Below, piece by piece: positions 1 through 9,863 of a DNA stretch of 64,000 bases. A program made the position numbers and the translations under genes. Every line of letters begins with the position of its first letter. The first letter of the stretch is position 1. Origin of the DNA: Chlamydiia bacterium (GTDB taxonomy: Bacteria; Chlamydiota; Chlamydiia; Chlamydiales; Rhabdochlamydiaceae); NCBI GenBank assembly GCA_963804085.1, contig CAWDOQ010000002.1, positions 160,001 to 224,000 on the forward strand. The letters are read 5' to 3'. The notes under the pieces were generated by a model, which was not told the origin of the DNA, ran no database searches, and saw nothing but the letters and a program-made list of their open reading frames with translations.

Positions 1-363
1 TACTTGCCGGCGATGTGCGCACGCACGCGGTAATTATCCTCATCCGACAGGCCCGAGAACTGGTTGAGCCAGAGCTCGAAGTGGGAGAAGGTGTATATCT
101 CAAGCACCTTCATCTCAGCGATCTGTTCGATATAATCGGTCACAGCAGGCAACAGGAAGCCGGGAGTAGGCGCGCTTTGAATCAAGTCGCAGAAGCAGGC
201 GGTTGATCCGCTCTGTCTTTTGCATCTCATTGAGTCGTAAAAATTCTTTGGCGCGAAACTCCCTAAAAACCTTATCCAAATTTTTAAATTTGTACGGAGA
301 GAGAACAAAGTCTCCGAGATAAGAGGTCTGCTTCTTGAGCTTCACACTTTTACGCTTTGCCAT
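1..363 (-). CDS. Hypothetical protein, 5' part; runs off the window start; apparent single-base frameshift near 175-180
   Basis: ATG at 363 gives MAKRKSVKL...RLDS; after a one-base shift the frame continues open to the window edge as APTPGFLLPAVTDYIEQIAEMKVLEIYTFSHFELWLNQFSGLSDEDNYRVRAHIAGK. Confidence 0.6.
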
Positions 364-379
364 AACCACCTTGAAAAAT

Positions 380-452
380 CGGATTGAGCAGGACTCGAAC
401 CTGCGACCGCCCGCTTAGAAGGCGGGTGCTCTATCCACTGAGCTATCAATCC
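380..452 (-). tRNA. tRNA-Arg(TCT)
   Basis: Reverse complement GGATTGATAGCTCAGTGGATAGAGCACCCGCCTTCTAAGCGGGCGGTCGCAGGTTCGAGTCCTGCTCAATCCG folds as a cloverleaf; anticodon TCT; T-loop GTTCGAG. Confidence 0.95.
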
Positions 453-518
453 AAAACACCCAATTCTACCGCCCCACCCCCAATCTGGCAAGACTAAGAT
501 TGCGTTAACCCTTCTTCT

Positions 519-618
519 ACGTGCCCTTGCCCTGGCCCTGCCCGTGCCCGATTTTGCGGCGTTAGCCGCTGTGAATTTTTTAATTCGGGCAAGGGCACGG
601 GCAGGGGCACGGGCACGT
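519..618. repeat. GGGCAC/GTGCCC-type palindromic intergenic repeat
   Basis: GTGCCC-rich arm at 519-551 and GGGCAC-rich arm at 586-618; the right arm recurs identically at about 21897-21932. Confidence 0.85.
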
Positions 619-2208
619 TTACTTGTCAGTGGGGATGAGATTGCTGTCTTCTTGGGCTTGGGTTAGCTTGCGGTAGTCTTCGAAGGAGCGGATGATGTGG
701 GGGCGCACGAAGATGATCACGTTGCGCTTTTCATCTTGTCGCTTGGTTTTGCTAAAGGCGGCGCCGATGCCGGGGAGACCGCCGAGACAGGGAATGCCCG
801 CCTTGTGGTGAGACTTGGCATTGCGGATCATGCCGCTTAACACCAAGAAGTGTTTGTCGGGAACGTGGACGTGCGTGACCATGTTTGTCTTGGTAGTCCT
901 AATGCCATTTGCCGATGAGTTGGACACCATCGGATTTTCGCCAAGACTCTCCGTAATCTCCTCGCTTAAATCGAGAGTGATCACATCATCTTCGCCAAGC
1001 ATGGGCGTGATGCTCAAACTCACGCCGATGTCGCGGTACTCGACATTGGCAGTGGTCTGCTGGCTTTGACCCACCGTCTGCACAACCGAACCTGTAAAGG
1101 GAATGTTATCTCCGACAAATATCTTAGAGTTCTTGTTGTCCTGAGTGATGATCTTCTGATTGAGCACAATCGTGCTATCCGCATCCATTTGAAGCGCCGA
1201 TACGAGCGCGCCCAAAGAGAGATAAGATCTCCCCTTATGCATGATCAGATCGCCAATCACACCCAAATCAAAGCCGCTTCCAACCGGAATCTGATTGAGT
1301 CCTGTCGGAGTCGAACTCGCGTTTATCCCCTGTATCGTTTTTCCAAATCCGCCACCACCATTTCCATTAGGAGCAAAGTTTCCACCGCCAAAGCCGATCT
1401 TATCCAGCTTGCCGCCAGCCGCCCACTGCAGTCCAAACTCGGACCCCTTTCTCAAATCGGTCTCCACGACCAAAACCTCAATAAAGACCTGTCTTAAAGG
1501 AACATCTAAAGAGGAGATCAGCTTTTTCAAACTCTCGATTGTTTCCGGATCGCCCGAGCAGAGAAGAGAGTTGGTTGCCTTTACCCACTGCATCGACTGA
1601 ATCGAATTTAAAAGCTTCACCGGTCTGTCTGGCTGGCTTTGCAGATCCGCTGCGATCTTTTTGATAGAAGATTCGATCTCAGAGCCTTGATGGTATTGCA
1701 ATTTATAGACGAAAAACTCTGCGGGTAGAGAGGAGCCCGAAGGAGCAAAAAGATCTGAAGAAGAGGTGAGACGCGAAGAAGAAGGGGGCGACGAACCTTT
1801 AGAAGCATCCGCTGTATCTACAGAACCATGAGAAGCACTCCCCTTCTCTCCGGATCTATGGATGACGTAATAGTTTTCTTCTCTTGTCACACCCATGCCG
1901 TGTGCGCGCAGCATCTGGATAAGCGCTTTGAGCACATTATCAGAGCTCACCGCTTTACCCGATGCTAAGGTGACATTGAATTGAAGCTCCTTATTATTAT
2001 AAATGAAGTTCACTTCAGAGATCTTGCTCACAAAACGGATCACTTCAACGATCGGCACATCGTTGAAGTTGATGTTGTGCCCGCGCTCATCTCTAAAAGG
2101 AGAAGAAAAAGCGATCTCCTCTCCCTTTAAAGAAGCAAAAGGAGAAAGAGCGATCAGGCTACTCATCCAAACAATCTTGTGTGCAACTTTCCGAATCATT
2201 TTTTTCAT
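619..2208 (-). CDS. Compact secretin, paralog of CdsC/SctC
   Basis: Signal-like N-terminus, N0 domain (INFNDVPIVEVIRFVSKIS), one N3-like repeat (FFVYKLQYHQG), secretin domain (LDVPLRQVFIEVL, YRDIG, GIPCLGGLP); aligns by eye with CdsC at 49616-52987. Confidence 0.9.
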   Translation of the reverse strand: MKKMIRKVAHKIVWMSSLIALSPFASLKGEEIAFSSPFRDERGHNINFNDVPIVEVIRFVSKISEVNFIYNNKELQFNVTLASGKAVSSDNVLKALIQMLRAHGMGVTREENYYVIHRSGEKGSASHGSVDTADASKGSSPPSSSRLTSSSDLFAPSGSSLPAEFFVYKLQYHQGSEIESSIKKIAADLQSQPDRPVKLLNSIQSMQWVKATNSLLCSGDPETIESLKKLISSLDVPLRQVFIEVLVVETDLRKGSEFGLQWAAGGKLDKIGFGGGNFAPNGNGGGGFGKTIQGINASSTPTGLNQIPVGSGFDLGVIGDLIMHKGRSYLSLGALVSALQMDADSTIVLNQKIITQDNKNSKIFVGDNIPFTGSVVQTVGQSQQTTANVEYRDIGVSLSITPMLGEDDVITLDLSEEITESLGENPMVSNSSANGIRTTKTNMVTHVHVPDKHFLVLSGMIRNAKSHHKAGIPCLGGLPGIGAAFSKTKRQDEKRNVIIFVRPHIIRSFEDYRKLTQAQEDSNLIPTDK

Positions 2209-2350
2209 TTCCGCTTCTGGGTGTTATGGCACGCCACGAACATCTTATGAATGTTTGTTCTTTTTTTTCCACAAAAAATTTAGATGATTTTTTTGTTGCT
2301 AAAATCTCATTTCATACTGATACTAACGCCGCTGTGAGGAGTCATTTATC

Positions 2351-2869
2351 ATGAAAACTAAAGCTACGACAATCGATAACTTCGATATCAAGATCCACGA
2401 GCGGTATGCGCAAGATCAGGTCGCTCTCGATAAAACATTCATCGTAGAATCAGCTCTTCTCTCTGCTCATTTTGAGATCACCGGCACCTCTTCTATCTAC
2501 TCTTCCAAATGGGAAGAGCTGTTCGAGATCAATATCCGCAATATTCCCTGGGCTGCGTTCACTCCTCCTCCGCGCTACCATAAACAAGCAAAGCGCTTCT
2601 TTTCGTATCGCATCCTCCCCACCATTTATGTGGAAGATGAGGATGAAGAAGAAGGCGAAGAGCAGAAACAGCATGAGGAGTCTGAAGAGAAGAAGAGAGC
2701 AAAAGAGATTCTAAAAAAGGCGCACTCTGCCAAAAAGGGGGCATCCGAAGACCCTTACCTCTTTGAAAGAGACAAGAGCACCATCATTAACCTATTGCAA
2801 TCTGTCGTGCATCTTAATAAGCTCCTGACTCAAGTGTACTCGCGAAAATTGCAGTACCAGAAGGGGTAA
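2351..2869 (+). CDS. Chlamydial DUF5399 (CT273-like) protein
   Basis: TIDNFDIKIHERYAQDQ N-terminus, WAAFTPPP motif, acidic tract, C-terminal QYQKG; family assignment from recall. Confidence 0.55.
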   Translation: MKTKATTIDNFDIKIHERYAQDQVALDKTFIVESALLSAHFEITGTSSIYSSKWEELFEINIRNIPWAAFTPPPRYHKQAKRFFSYRILPTIYVEDEDEEEGEEQKQHEESEEKKRAKEILKKAHSAKKGASEDPYLFERDKSTIINLLQSVVHLNKLLTQVYSRKLQYQKG

Positions 2870-2871
2870 AT

Positions 2872-3654
2872 ATGAGCATCGCATTGAGCATCGTAGGCGC
2901 CACAGGAAAAATGGGGCGCAGCCTTCTTATGCTCGCTCTGAAAGACCCCTCTTTTAAAGTAGTGAGCGGCTCTGCGAGTTCGCGCTCGCCTCACATCGGT
3001 AAAGATTTAGCAGAGCTGCTAGCACTTGCACCGATCGGTGCACTTCTTGAGAGCAATGTCGAACCTGTCTTTGAAAAGGCGCATGTCGTCATCGACGTCT
3101 CTACCTCTGTTGCTACCATGAACCATCTTCAGATGGCAATAAAGCAGAGAAAACCTTTTATTATCGGCTCCACAGGACATAAAAGCGAAGAGAGGCTTGC
3201 AATTGAAACAGCCGGCAAAGAGATCCCTATTCTCTACGCCCCCAACTTCACCCTCGGCGTCTCTCTATGCAAACAGGCGATCAGCCTCTTTGCCAAACAT
3301 CTCAAAGATAGCTGCTATGTCGATATCATCGAGACACACCACACACAGAAAAAAGATGCGCCCAGCGGAACCGCTCTTTCTTTTGCAAGAGCCCTTAACT
3401 ATGGCCGCATCTGCCCCGGAACTGTCGTAGAACAGCCCAGATCCAAAGAGACAATTGCCATCCACTCCATTCGCAGCGGCGACGTCGTAGGCGAGCATAG
3501 AATCATCTTTGAATGCGCAGGAGAGCGGATCGAGATTAAGCATGAAGCCTTAACACGTGAAGCTTTTGCCAAAGGCGCCCTGAAAGCCGCACAGTTTCTC
3601 TCCAAACAGCCGGCCGGCTTTTACACCATGGAAGATATCGTCAAATATGAGTGA
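2872..3654 (+). CDS. dapB: 4-hydroxy-tetrahydrodipicolinate reductase
   Basis: GATGKMG Rossmann motif; ETHHTQKKDAPSGTA catalytic motif. Confidence 0.95.
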   Translation: MSIALSIVGATGKMGRSLLMLALKDPSFKVVSGSASSRSPHIGKDLAELLALAPIGALLESNVEPVFEKAHVVIDVSTSVATMNHLQMAIKQRKPFIIGSTGHKSEERLAIETAGKEIPILYAPNFTLGVSLCKQAISLFAKHLKDSCYVDIIETHHTQKKDAPSGTALSFARALNYGRICPGTVVEQPRSKETIAIHSIRSGDVVGEHRIIFECAGERIEIKHEALTREAFAKGALKAAQFLSKQPAGFYTMEDIVKYE

Positions 3655-4168
3655 TCGAGTCTATCTGGGACTTGGCAGTAACCTAGGCAACCGCCTCGTT
3701 CTTCTAGAATCCGCCTTCGAAGCAATCCAAAAGCTCCCCATGTGTTCCTGTTTTGAAGCTTCGAAAATTTACGAAACCAGTCCTGTCAGTCCCATCCCGC
3801 AAGGCCTCTTCCTCAATGCCGCTTGCAGCTTTCTAACAGACCTTTCGCCTGTCGATCTCCTCGCTCATCTTCAGCACATCGAGACCAAGCTCGGCAAAAC
3901 ACCAAAGCCCAAGACCGCCCCCCGCCCCATTGACATCGACATCCTCCTCTTCGGGCAAAAGCAGATAGACACCCCCACCCTCCAGATCCCCCACCCCCGA
4001 TGGCAAGAGCGCCTCTTTGTGCTCCTCCCCCTCCTCGACCTCACTGAGGAGATCCTCCTCCCCTCAGGAGAACCGATAAATCTGAACATGTTGCTCGTTA
4101 AACAGGCCGGGATTTTTTCCCCGCCGGAATTGGAGGTGGAGAGACGCATTCAGAACTTTTCCATTTGA
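3647..4168 (+). CDS. folK: 2-amino-4-hydroxy-6-hydroxymethyldihydropteridine diphosphokinase
   Basis: YLGLGSNLG, PRPIDIDILLF, IPHPR...RLFVL motifs. Confidence 0.95.
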   Translation: MSDRVYLGLGSNLGNRLVLLESAFEAIQKLPMCSCFEASKIYETSPVSPIPQGLFLNAACSFLTDLSPVDLLAHLQHIETKLGKTPKPKTAPRPIDIDILLFGQKQIDTPTLQIPHPRWQERLFVLLPLLDLTEEILLPSGEPINLNMLLVKQAGIFSPPELEVERRIQNFSI

Positions 4169-4227
4169 AAAAACTAAGAATTTTCTTAAATTAGCTCCTC
4201 GTTGGGCGGAAAAGATTCCTGTTTTTT

Positions 4228-4494
4228 AGGCCCGAAGGGCTGTAATATCAAAGCCCAGGTCGAAGCGCAGCGGAGGCCTGGGTAACAAAAGATCCATGTG
4301 GAGTCCTGTAAGGACGGCATTTTCAAGGAGATTGAAGAACTCCTGCGTTAACGCAGGAGTTCTTCAATCTTTAGATGAAAAATATCTATGGGATTAGAAA
4401 TACCGTCCTTACAGGACTCAAGATAGGTGTTCGAAATTACCCAGGCCTCCGCTTCGCTTCGACCTGGGCTAGGGTATTGCAGCCCTTCAGGCCT
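4228..4494. repeat. Nested palindromic (REP/MITE-like) element
   Basis: Outer arms AGGCCCGAAGGGCTG...GCCCAGGTCGAAGCG / CGCTTCGACCTGGGC...CAGCCCTTCAGGCCT; inner arms GAGTCCTGTAAGGACGG / CCGTCCTTACAGGACTC; perfect 42-bp palindrome at 4329-4370. Confidence 0.9.
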
Positions 4495-4559
4495 TTAGAA
4501 ATCAGTTTGGCTTAGTCTTCCGTTGAAGAAAAGGGGGAGAAGTTCCATGATGGACGCAT

Positions 4560-5396
4560 ATGCATACCATCAAGGTAAAAGATATTTTAATTGGAGAGGG
4601 GCAGCCGCTCGCGGTTCTGTCGGGCCCTTGCGTAATCGAGAGTGAAGAGCATGCTCTTTTTGCTGCAGAGAGTTTGAAAGAGATCTTTGAAGAGGTGAAG
4701 CTCCCTCTCATCTACAAATCTAGCTACGACAAAGCCAATCGCTCCTCCTACCACTCTTTTCGTGGGCCCGGACTCGAGCAGGGGCTGCGCATCTTAGAAA
4801 AAGTCAAAAGAGAGTTTGGTCTGCCTGTGCTCACCGATGTGCATTCGCCCGAAGAGGCAAGAGCCGCGGCTGAGGTGTGTGACATGATCCAGATCCCTGC
4901 TTTTTTATGCCGCCAGACGGATCTCCTCACGGCAGCCGGAGAAACGGGCATCCCTGTCAATGTCAAAAAGGGTCAGTTCCTGGCGCCTTGGGATATGGCA
5001 AACGTAATAGACAAGCTCCTTTCGACCGGCAACAAAAACATCCTTCTGACTGATCGCGGAACCTCGTTTGGCTACAACAATTTAGTGAGCGATATGCGAG
5101 CGATTCCGCTTATGCAGCGCTTAAACTTTCCCGTCTGCTATGACGCTTCCCACTCTGTTATGACACCGGGCGGCAATGGCCAGACATCGGGCGGCCAGCG
5201 CGATATGATCCCCTACCTTGCAAAAGCAGCAATCGCAGCAGGGGCAAACGCGCTCTTTGTCGAAGCGCATAACAACCCCAAAGAGGCCAAGAGCGACAAG
5301 GACTCCGTTCTCGCATTTTCTGAGCTTAAAGAGCTCCTCATCCAGCTTAAACAAATTTATCAAATCGTACAGAAAACAGCATGTTCCGTGGAGTAA
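4560..5396 (+). CDS. kdsA: KDO 8-phosphate synthase
   Basis: GPCVIE, KSSYDKANRSS, QIPAFLCRQTDL, KKGQF motifs. Confidence 0.97.
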   Translation: MHTIKVKDILIGEGQPLAVLSGPCVIESEEHALFAAESLKEIFEEVKLPLIYKSSYDKANRSSYHSFRGPGLEQGLRILEKVKREFGLPVLTDVHSPEEARAAAEVCDMIQIPAFLCRQTDLLTAAGETGIPVNVKKGQFLAPWDMANVIDKLLSTGNKNILLTDRGTSFGYNNLVSDMRAIPLMQRLNFPVCYDASHSVMTPGGNGQTSGGQRDMIPYLAKAAIAAGANALFVEAHNNPKEAKSDKDSVLAFSELKELLIQLKQIYQIVQKTACSVE

Positions 5397-5995
5397 CACT
5401 ACTCTCGCTTCTTATCTTTGCCATTTGTGCTCTTGTCTGGGGCGCCTTTGTCTCTATCGTGCGTCCGAGCGACATCGCTTTTTACAAGAAACTCGTGCGC
5501 GACCACGAGGCTGCCTCTTCGTCGCAAGCTCTCTCCTCGTGCGCCTATCAGACAAGACAAGGGGTACGTAAAGACATCTGGGCGACGCAAGACGATGGCT
5601 CGCGTTTGCACTACCTGATCGAAAGCGAATCTTCTCTGCTCTCTATGCACGTTAAGCAGAACCATTTCGACATCGTGGAAAATCTTGAGAAGATCCACTG
5701 CTGGATGCAAGACAAGCTCTACTTTTCAAATGAGAAGCGCCCCATGCAACAAGTGCGTTTTTTTGAAGCGGATCAAGGCACCTACCACTACTCGACCCAA
5801 AAGTTTGCAGCGCAAAGCGTCGCTCTCTCTTTGTCGCGCCTGGGCGGCCACGATCTTAAAGATTTTGACCATCAAAATGCATTCGTCCGCGGCATCGCAG
5901 AGGATGTCACCTTTTGCGTCTCGGGAAAAAATCCGCAATTCCAAGCACAAAACTTTAAAGCTAGTTTTACTCCTAGCAAAGGAAAAGGCGCATGA
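5381..5995 (+). CDS. Chlamydial LptC-like protein with N-terminal membrane anchor
   Basis: Single N-terminal TM helix, beta-rich body; lies between kdsA and lptB. Confidence 0.55.
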   Translation: MFRGVTLLSLLIFAICALVWGAFVSIVRPSDIAFYKKLVRDHEAASSSQALSSCAYQTRQGVRKDIWATQDDGSRLHYLIESESSLLSMHVKQNHFDIVENLEKIHCWMQDKLYFSNEKRPMQQVRFFEADQGTYHYSTQKFAAQSVALSLSRLGGHDLKDFDHQNAFVRGIAEDVTFCVSGKNPQFQAQNFKASFTPSKGKGA

Positions 5996-7474
5996 AAGCA
6001 GCTGTTTTTTCTCTATGTCTTGCCCTCTCCTCTCTTTGTGCAGAGGAGATAGCTCCCGATTCCGCTTCTCTCTCCTCGTCCAATGCCGCATATGATGGAA
6101 ACACGCTCGTTTTAACCGGCCACGTGATGCTCGATCATGGCCTGGGCAAGATGGCAGCAGACACAGCAAAACTTGAAAAACAAGAGACAGGAAAGGACTT
6201 TCCCTTCTCTCTCATCCACCTGCAAAACAACGTGCGTGTGGCTCTTAAAACTGATGCCGAGGTGCAGTGCGACTCTGCCGACTTTGATTTCAGCACACTT
6301 AAAGGCCTACTCCTCTCTCAAGGAGATAGCCGCGTTGTCTATTCCGACACGCTGAAAAGGAAAAAAGGAGAAAAAGCCTACTTCCGCCTCCTTGGAAAAA
6401 CTGTCGAGCTCGGCATGTCTAAAAAAGAGACAAGAAGGCAAAAAGAGCGACTTTGAGATCGAGACAATTTTAGCAAAAGAAGATGTCCTTATCGACTACG
6501 CTCAAGAGTTTACTCTGCGCGCGGGCCATGCGCTTTACCGCAAAGGCAGTACTCCAGAAAAAAAGGGCAACTACAAAGAGTTCCAGGGTACAATCACCGC
6601 TTATCCTCAAGACGCCGATCACCCTTGCCTGCTTGCGCACGAAGGCGATCTGATCCAGGCACAAGCTGTTGATCTAGATCTTATCCATTCCAAAATCTCA
6701 CTCTCCAATCCGCAAGGGGTCCTTCTCTCTTCTATTCTTCCCGGTGTGCAAAAAGGTGAGATGCGCTTTTCCTGTAAACACCTCGTCTGGGATCACATGA
6801 AAAACATCCTCACTTTAAAAGGGGATGTGCGTGTAATCGAAAATCTTCTGGGAGATCTCTCCTCAGATGGAATACTAGAGATCGTTCAAGAGAAACAAAA
6901 ACAGGAGAAACTCCTCAAGACGATCCGCACAAACGGCAAGACGACGCTCCATTTTAAAGACTCTGGCGATAATACCCATCACCTCATCTCGCACGGCTCC
7001 TTCTTGTTTGACAGGCAGCACGGCTCCGCTTTTATAGAGAGCCCTAAACAGGATGGTGTTGTTCCAACGGAGAAGCAGATCTATTACGAAGCTCAAAATT
7101 TTGGCCTCTATGCCGACAAGGGACGCATGGAGTATGCAGATGCGCATCCAACTAGCGTGCAGCTCTCCGGTGCTATCCGCCTCTTCTCTTTAGACAGCGT
7201 AAAGCCGCGCTATGCGATAGGAGACCGTCTGAGCTTTTCTACAACGACGCGCACACTCATTCTGTCGGCAAATCCAGGCAAAAACGTCCTCTTCTTCGAT
7301 GAGAAAGAGGCTTTGCGCATCTCGGCTCAAGAGGTGCATATCACACAAAATCCTGAGACACACGAAGAGAGCGTGCAAGGCATCGGCAGAGTCCAATTCT
7401 CCTTTAGCGACGAAGAAAATAGCCTGCTAACAAGAATTTTCCCCCACTACATACCCCCAAAAACAAGCCCATGA
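5992..7474 (+). CDS. Exported LptA/OstA-like beta-jellyroll protein; split into ORFs 5992-6456 and 6392-7474 by an apparent frameshift in the A-run near 6421-6426
   Basis: Signal peptide; repeated beta motifs (LVLTGHV, LTLKGDVRV); the two overlapping ORFs join on removing one A; directly upstream of lptB. Confidence 0.6.
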
Positions 7475-8208
7475 GTAGAGACCAAGACGCGATCCTAACT
7501 GCAGAAAATCTAGAAAAATCGTACGGCGGCAAACCGGTCGTAAACGGCCTATCCATCTCCGTCAAAAAGGGAGAGGTCGTAGGACTGCTCGGCCCCAATG
7601 GCGCCGGCAAAACCACCGCCTTTTACATGACGATCGGACTGATCCGTCCGGACAAAGGCGAAGTGTTTTTTAAGAAAAAACGGGTCACCGATCTTCCCAT
7701 CCACGAGCGAGCGCTCATGGGAATGGGCTACCTGGCACAAGAGCCCTCTATCTTCCGCCATCTGACCGTGGAAGAGAACATCCTCTGCATCTTAGAAACC
7801 CTTCCGATCAGTAAAGGCGAAAGAAAGAAACGCCTCGAGAGCCTTCTGCACGAACTCCATTTAGAGAAGCTGGCCAAAAAGCAAGCTATCAGCTTATCCG
7901 GCGGTGAGAGAAGAAGACTTGAGATCACACGAGCGCTCGTGACAGAACCCTCCCTCCTCCTATTGGATGAGCCCTTTGCTAACATCGATCCGCTTGCAGT
8001 GCGCGATGTCAAAGAGATGATCCGCCATCTAAAGAGCAAAGAGATCAGTGTGCTTATCACCGACCATAACGCACGCGAAATCTTTTCTATCGTCGATAGA
8101 AGCTATCTTGTGCGCGAAGGCAAGGTGCTGATGTCAGGTTCTGTAGATGCGCTCCTCGGCGACAAAGAAGCGCGCTTGTCTTATTTTGGCGAAGACTTTA
8201 GATTGTGA
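7471..8208 (+). CDS. lptB: LPS export ABC transporter ATP-binding protein
   Basis: GPNGAGKTT, LSGGERRRLEI, LLLDEPFA, ITDHNARE. Confidence 0.95.
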   Translation: MSRDQDAILTAENLEKSYGGKPVVNGLSISVKKGEVVGLLGPNGAGKTTAFYMTIGLIRPDKGEVFFKKKRVTDLPIHERALMGMGYLAQEPSIFRHLTVEENILCILETLPISKGERKKRLESLLHELHLEKLAKKQAISLSGGERRRLEITRALVTEPSLLLLDEPFANIDPLAVRDVKEMIRHLKSKEISVLITDHNAREIFSIVDRSYLVREGKVLMSGSVDALLGDKEARLSYFGEDFRL

Positions 8209-8224
8209 AAAAAAGGAGACAAAC

Positions 8225-8584
8225 ATGTCACGCACCGTCGAAGAGATCGCTAAAGACTACTACATCGGCTTAGACCAAGCATTCAAAGTAGGAAAGATCA
8301 ATCCGGTGAAATTCCATTTTGCCGATGATATACGCATCATTGGCCCCATGGAACAGATCGAAGGCAAGCCTCAGGCGCTCAAGATGCTCGATGAGAAGTT
8401 TGTTCCCATGGTGGACAAACTCATTCACAACCACCAGTTTTACGACAGAAGCTCCGTCTGCACCCTCTTAGATTGTGTGACAAAAAAACCACACATCACC
8501 ATCCCTGCCGCCGAATGGCTGAAAATCAAAAACGGCCTAATCTACGAGATCCACCTCTTCTACGACAGCGCCAAATGGTCTTAG
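8225..8584 (+). CDS. SnoaL/NTF2-like small protein
   Basis: RBS AAGGAG before ATG 8225; FADDI...GP and KNGLIYEIHLFYD pattern typical of the SnoaL-like fold. Confidence 0.7.
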   Translation: MSRTVEEIAKDYYIGLDQAFKVGKINPVKFHFADDIRIIGPMEQIEGKPQALKMLDEKFVPMVDKLIHNHQFYDRSSVCTLLDCVTKKPHITIPAAEWLKIKNGLIYEIHLFYDSAKWS

Positions 8585-8630
8585 ATTTAGATTAAGTTAA
8601 GTAGTTTGGGATTTGTCTAGTGGATACACT

Positions 8631-8732
8631 CTTATGTGGAGTGCGGCGACTCGTCGCCGCTTTTCTCCATCGAGACTTGTCACGATGTCTCTTCAAGAAA
8701 GAGCGGCGACAAGTCGCCGCACTCCATACAAG
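8631..8732. repeat. REP-like inverted repeat doublet (TGGAGTGCGGCGAC family)
   Basis: CTTATGTGGAGTGCGGCGACTCGTCGCCGC ... GCGGCGACAAGTCGCCGCACTCCATACAAG; related copy at 53943-54065. Confidence 0.9.
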
Positions 8733-9007
8733 AAGGATACACTCTTTAAGTGTGCTACTGCGACGCGACATGGAAGGGGCCCGCGACGAAGGAGTGGGGA
8801 GGGAATGCGCCGAGCAGCCATTCGACTCAGATCGCACAGCAAAATCGCTGTCGCAGGAGAGCGCGAGCGCGTGGGGGTTCGTGTTATACACAACCCTCCG
8901 ACGAGCACGCGATTTGGCACAGCGAGGTGAGGCGCAAGGGGGCAGCTGGGGGGCGGGACGAGAATCGCCAGACCCCCGACATGTCTATTGCTCCACTACA
9001 AAAACGC

Positions 9008-9814
9008 CTACTTTTTAAAGGGTTGTTTATTGGAGGCGATGAGGGCTTGCTGGGCTTCTTCTTGGGTGAGCCAGCGGTGGTCTCTCATCAAGGTCTTGAG
9101 CTGGTAGTCGGCGACCTTCTCATCGAGAGTTGGAATCGCTTTCTCACTAGCTGTGTAGTGGTAGGCCAGGCAAGGAATGTTCATCTCTTTGCATGCTTTT
9201 TCTACACTCTCTACCTGTTCGATACGATCATCGATGAAAATGATCTTCTCGGGCTTCTCTTTAAGGTTTGCGACAATCTCTTTAAGGACAGGACCTTTCA
9301 AATTCGCCTCTGTTTTAATCACCCCATTGTCATATTCATAGGTCTTTCCTGAGGGAAGCTCACGAAGAGCGTCTTGAAAAGGCAGTCCCAGTTTTTTCAG
9401 GTTGTCTATGCAGAAACCTTTGAGAGAAGAGTCCAGGTAGGTCTTTGTAAAAGCAATGACCTTAGCACCATTTTTTTGCGCTTGCGCAATGAGCTTTGGC
9501 CAGCTTTCCTCAACGAGCTCCCAATTTTGGGTGTCGCCCTCGACAATCCGCAACGCCTGGATGATCTCAGAACGGCTAATCCCCGGCTTTTGACTTTGGA
9601 TCCAAGAGCGCTTCCACCCCTCATTTTTCGAGTTAAAAATAGGGTCTTTATGCTTTGCAAGGGTCTGGCCGATGTCTACGAGAATGAGAGTTTTACTGCC
9701 CGAGGCTGCAAACTCCTGTTCGATCGGCTGTACAGAGTCTGTTTTACGGACTTCCGCATAGCCTGTAATCGTTAATAGAAGCGCTAGCGCCGTTATTAAA
9801 ATTTTTACTTTCAT
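9008..9814 (-). CDS. DUF2608 family HAD-like exported protein
   Basis: Signal peptide; LVDIGQTL, KG, KIIFIDDR HAD-like motifs. Confidence 0.8.
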   Translation of the reverse strand: MKVKILITALALLLTITGYAEVRKTDSVQPIEQEFAASGSKTLILVDIGQTLAKHKDPIFNSKNEGWKRSWIQSQKPGISRSEIIQALRIVEGDTQNWELVEESWPKLIAQAQKNGAKVIAFTKTYLDSSLKGFCIDNLKKLGLPFQDALRELPSGKTYEYDNGVIKTEANLKGPVLKEIVANLKEKPEKIIFIDDRIEQVESVEKACKEMNIPCLAYHYTASEKAIPTLDEKVADYQLKTLMRDHRWLTQEEAQQALIASNKQPFKK

Positions 9815-9863
9815 ATCTATCCCCTCCCTTTCTTTTGAAGCTAAAAGGATAGCATAAAACTCT

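Noticed and set aside
6392-6456. Two separate genes upstream of lptB
   Set aside because: The overlapping ORFs join by removing one A in an A-run.
8592-9352. Several overlapping ORFs (SAATRRRF / GVRRLVAA peptides)
   Set aside because: They are translations of the palindromic repeat or shadows of the DUF2608 gene.
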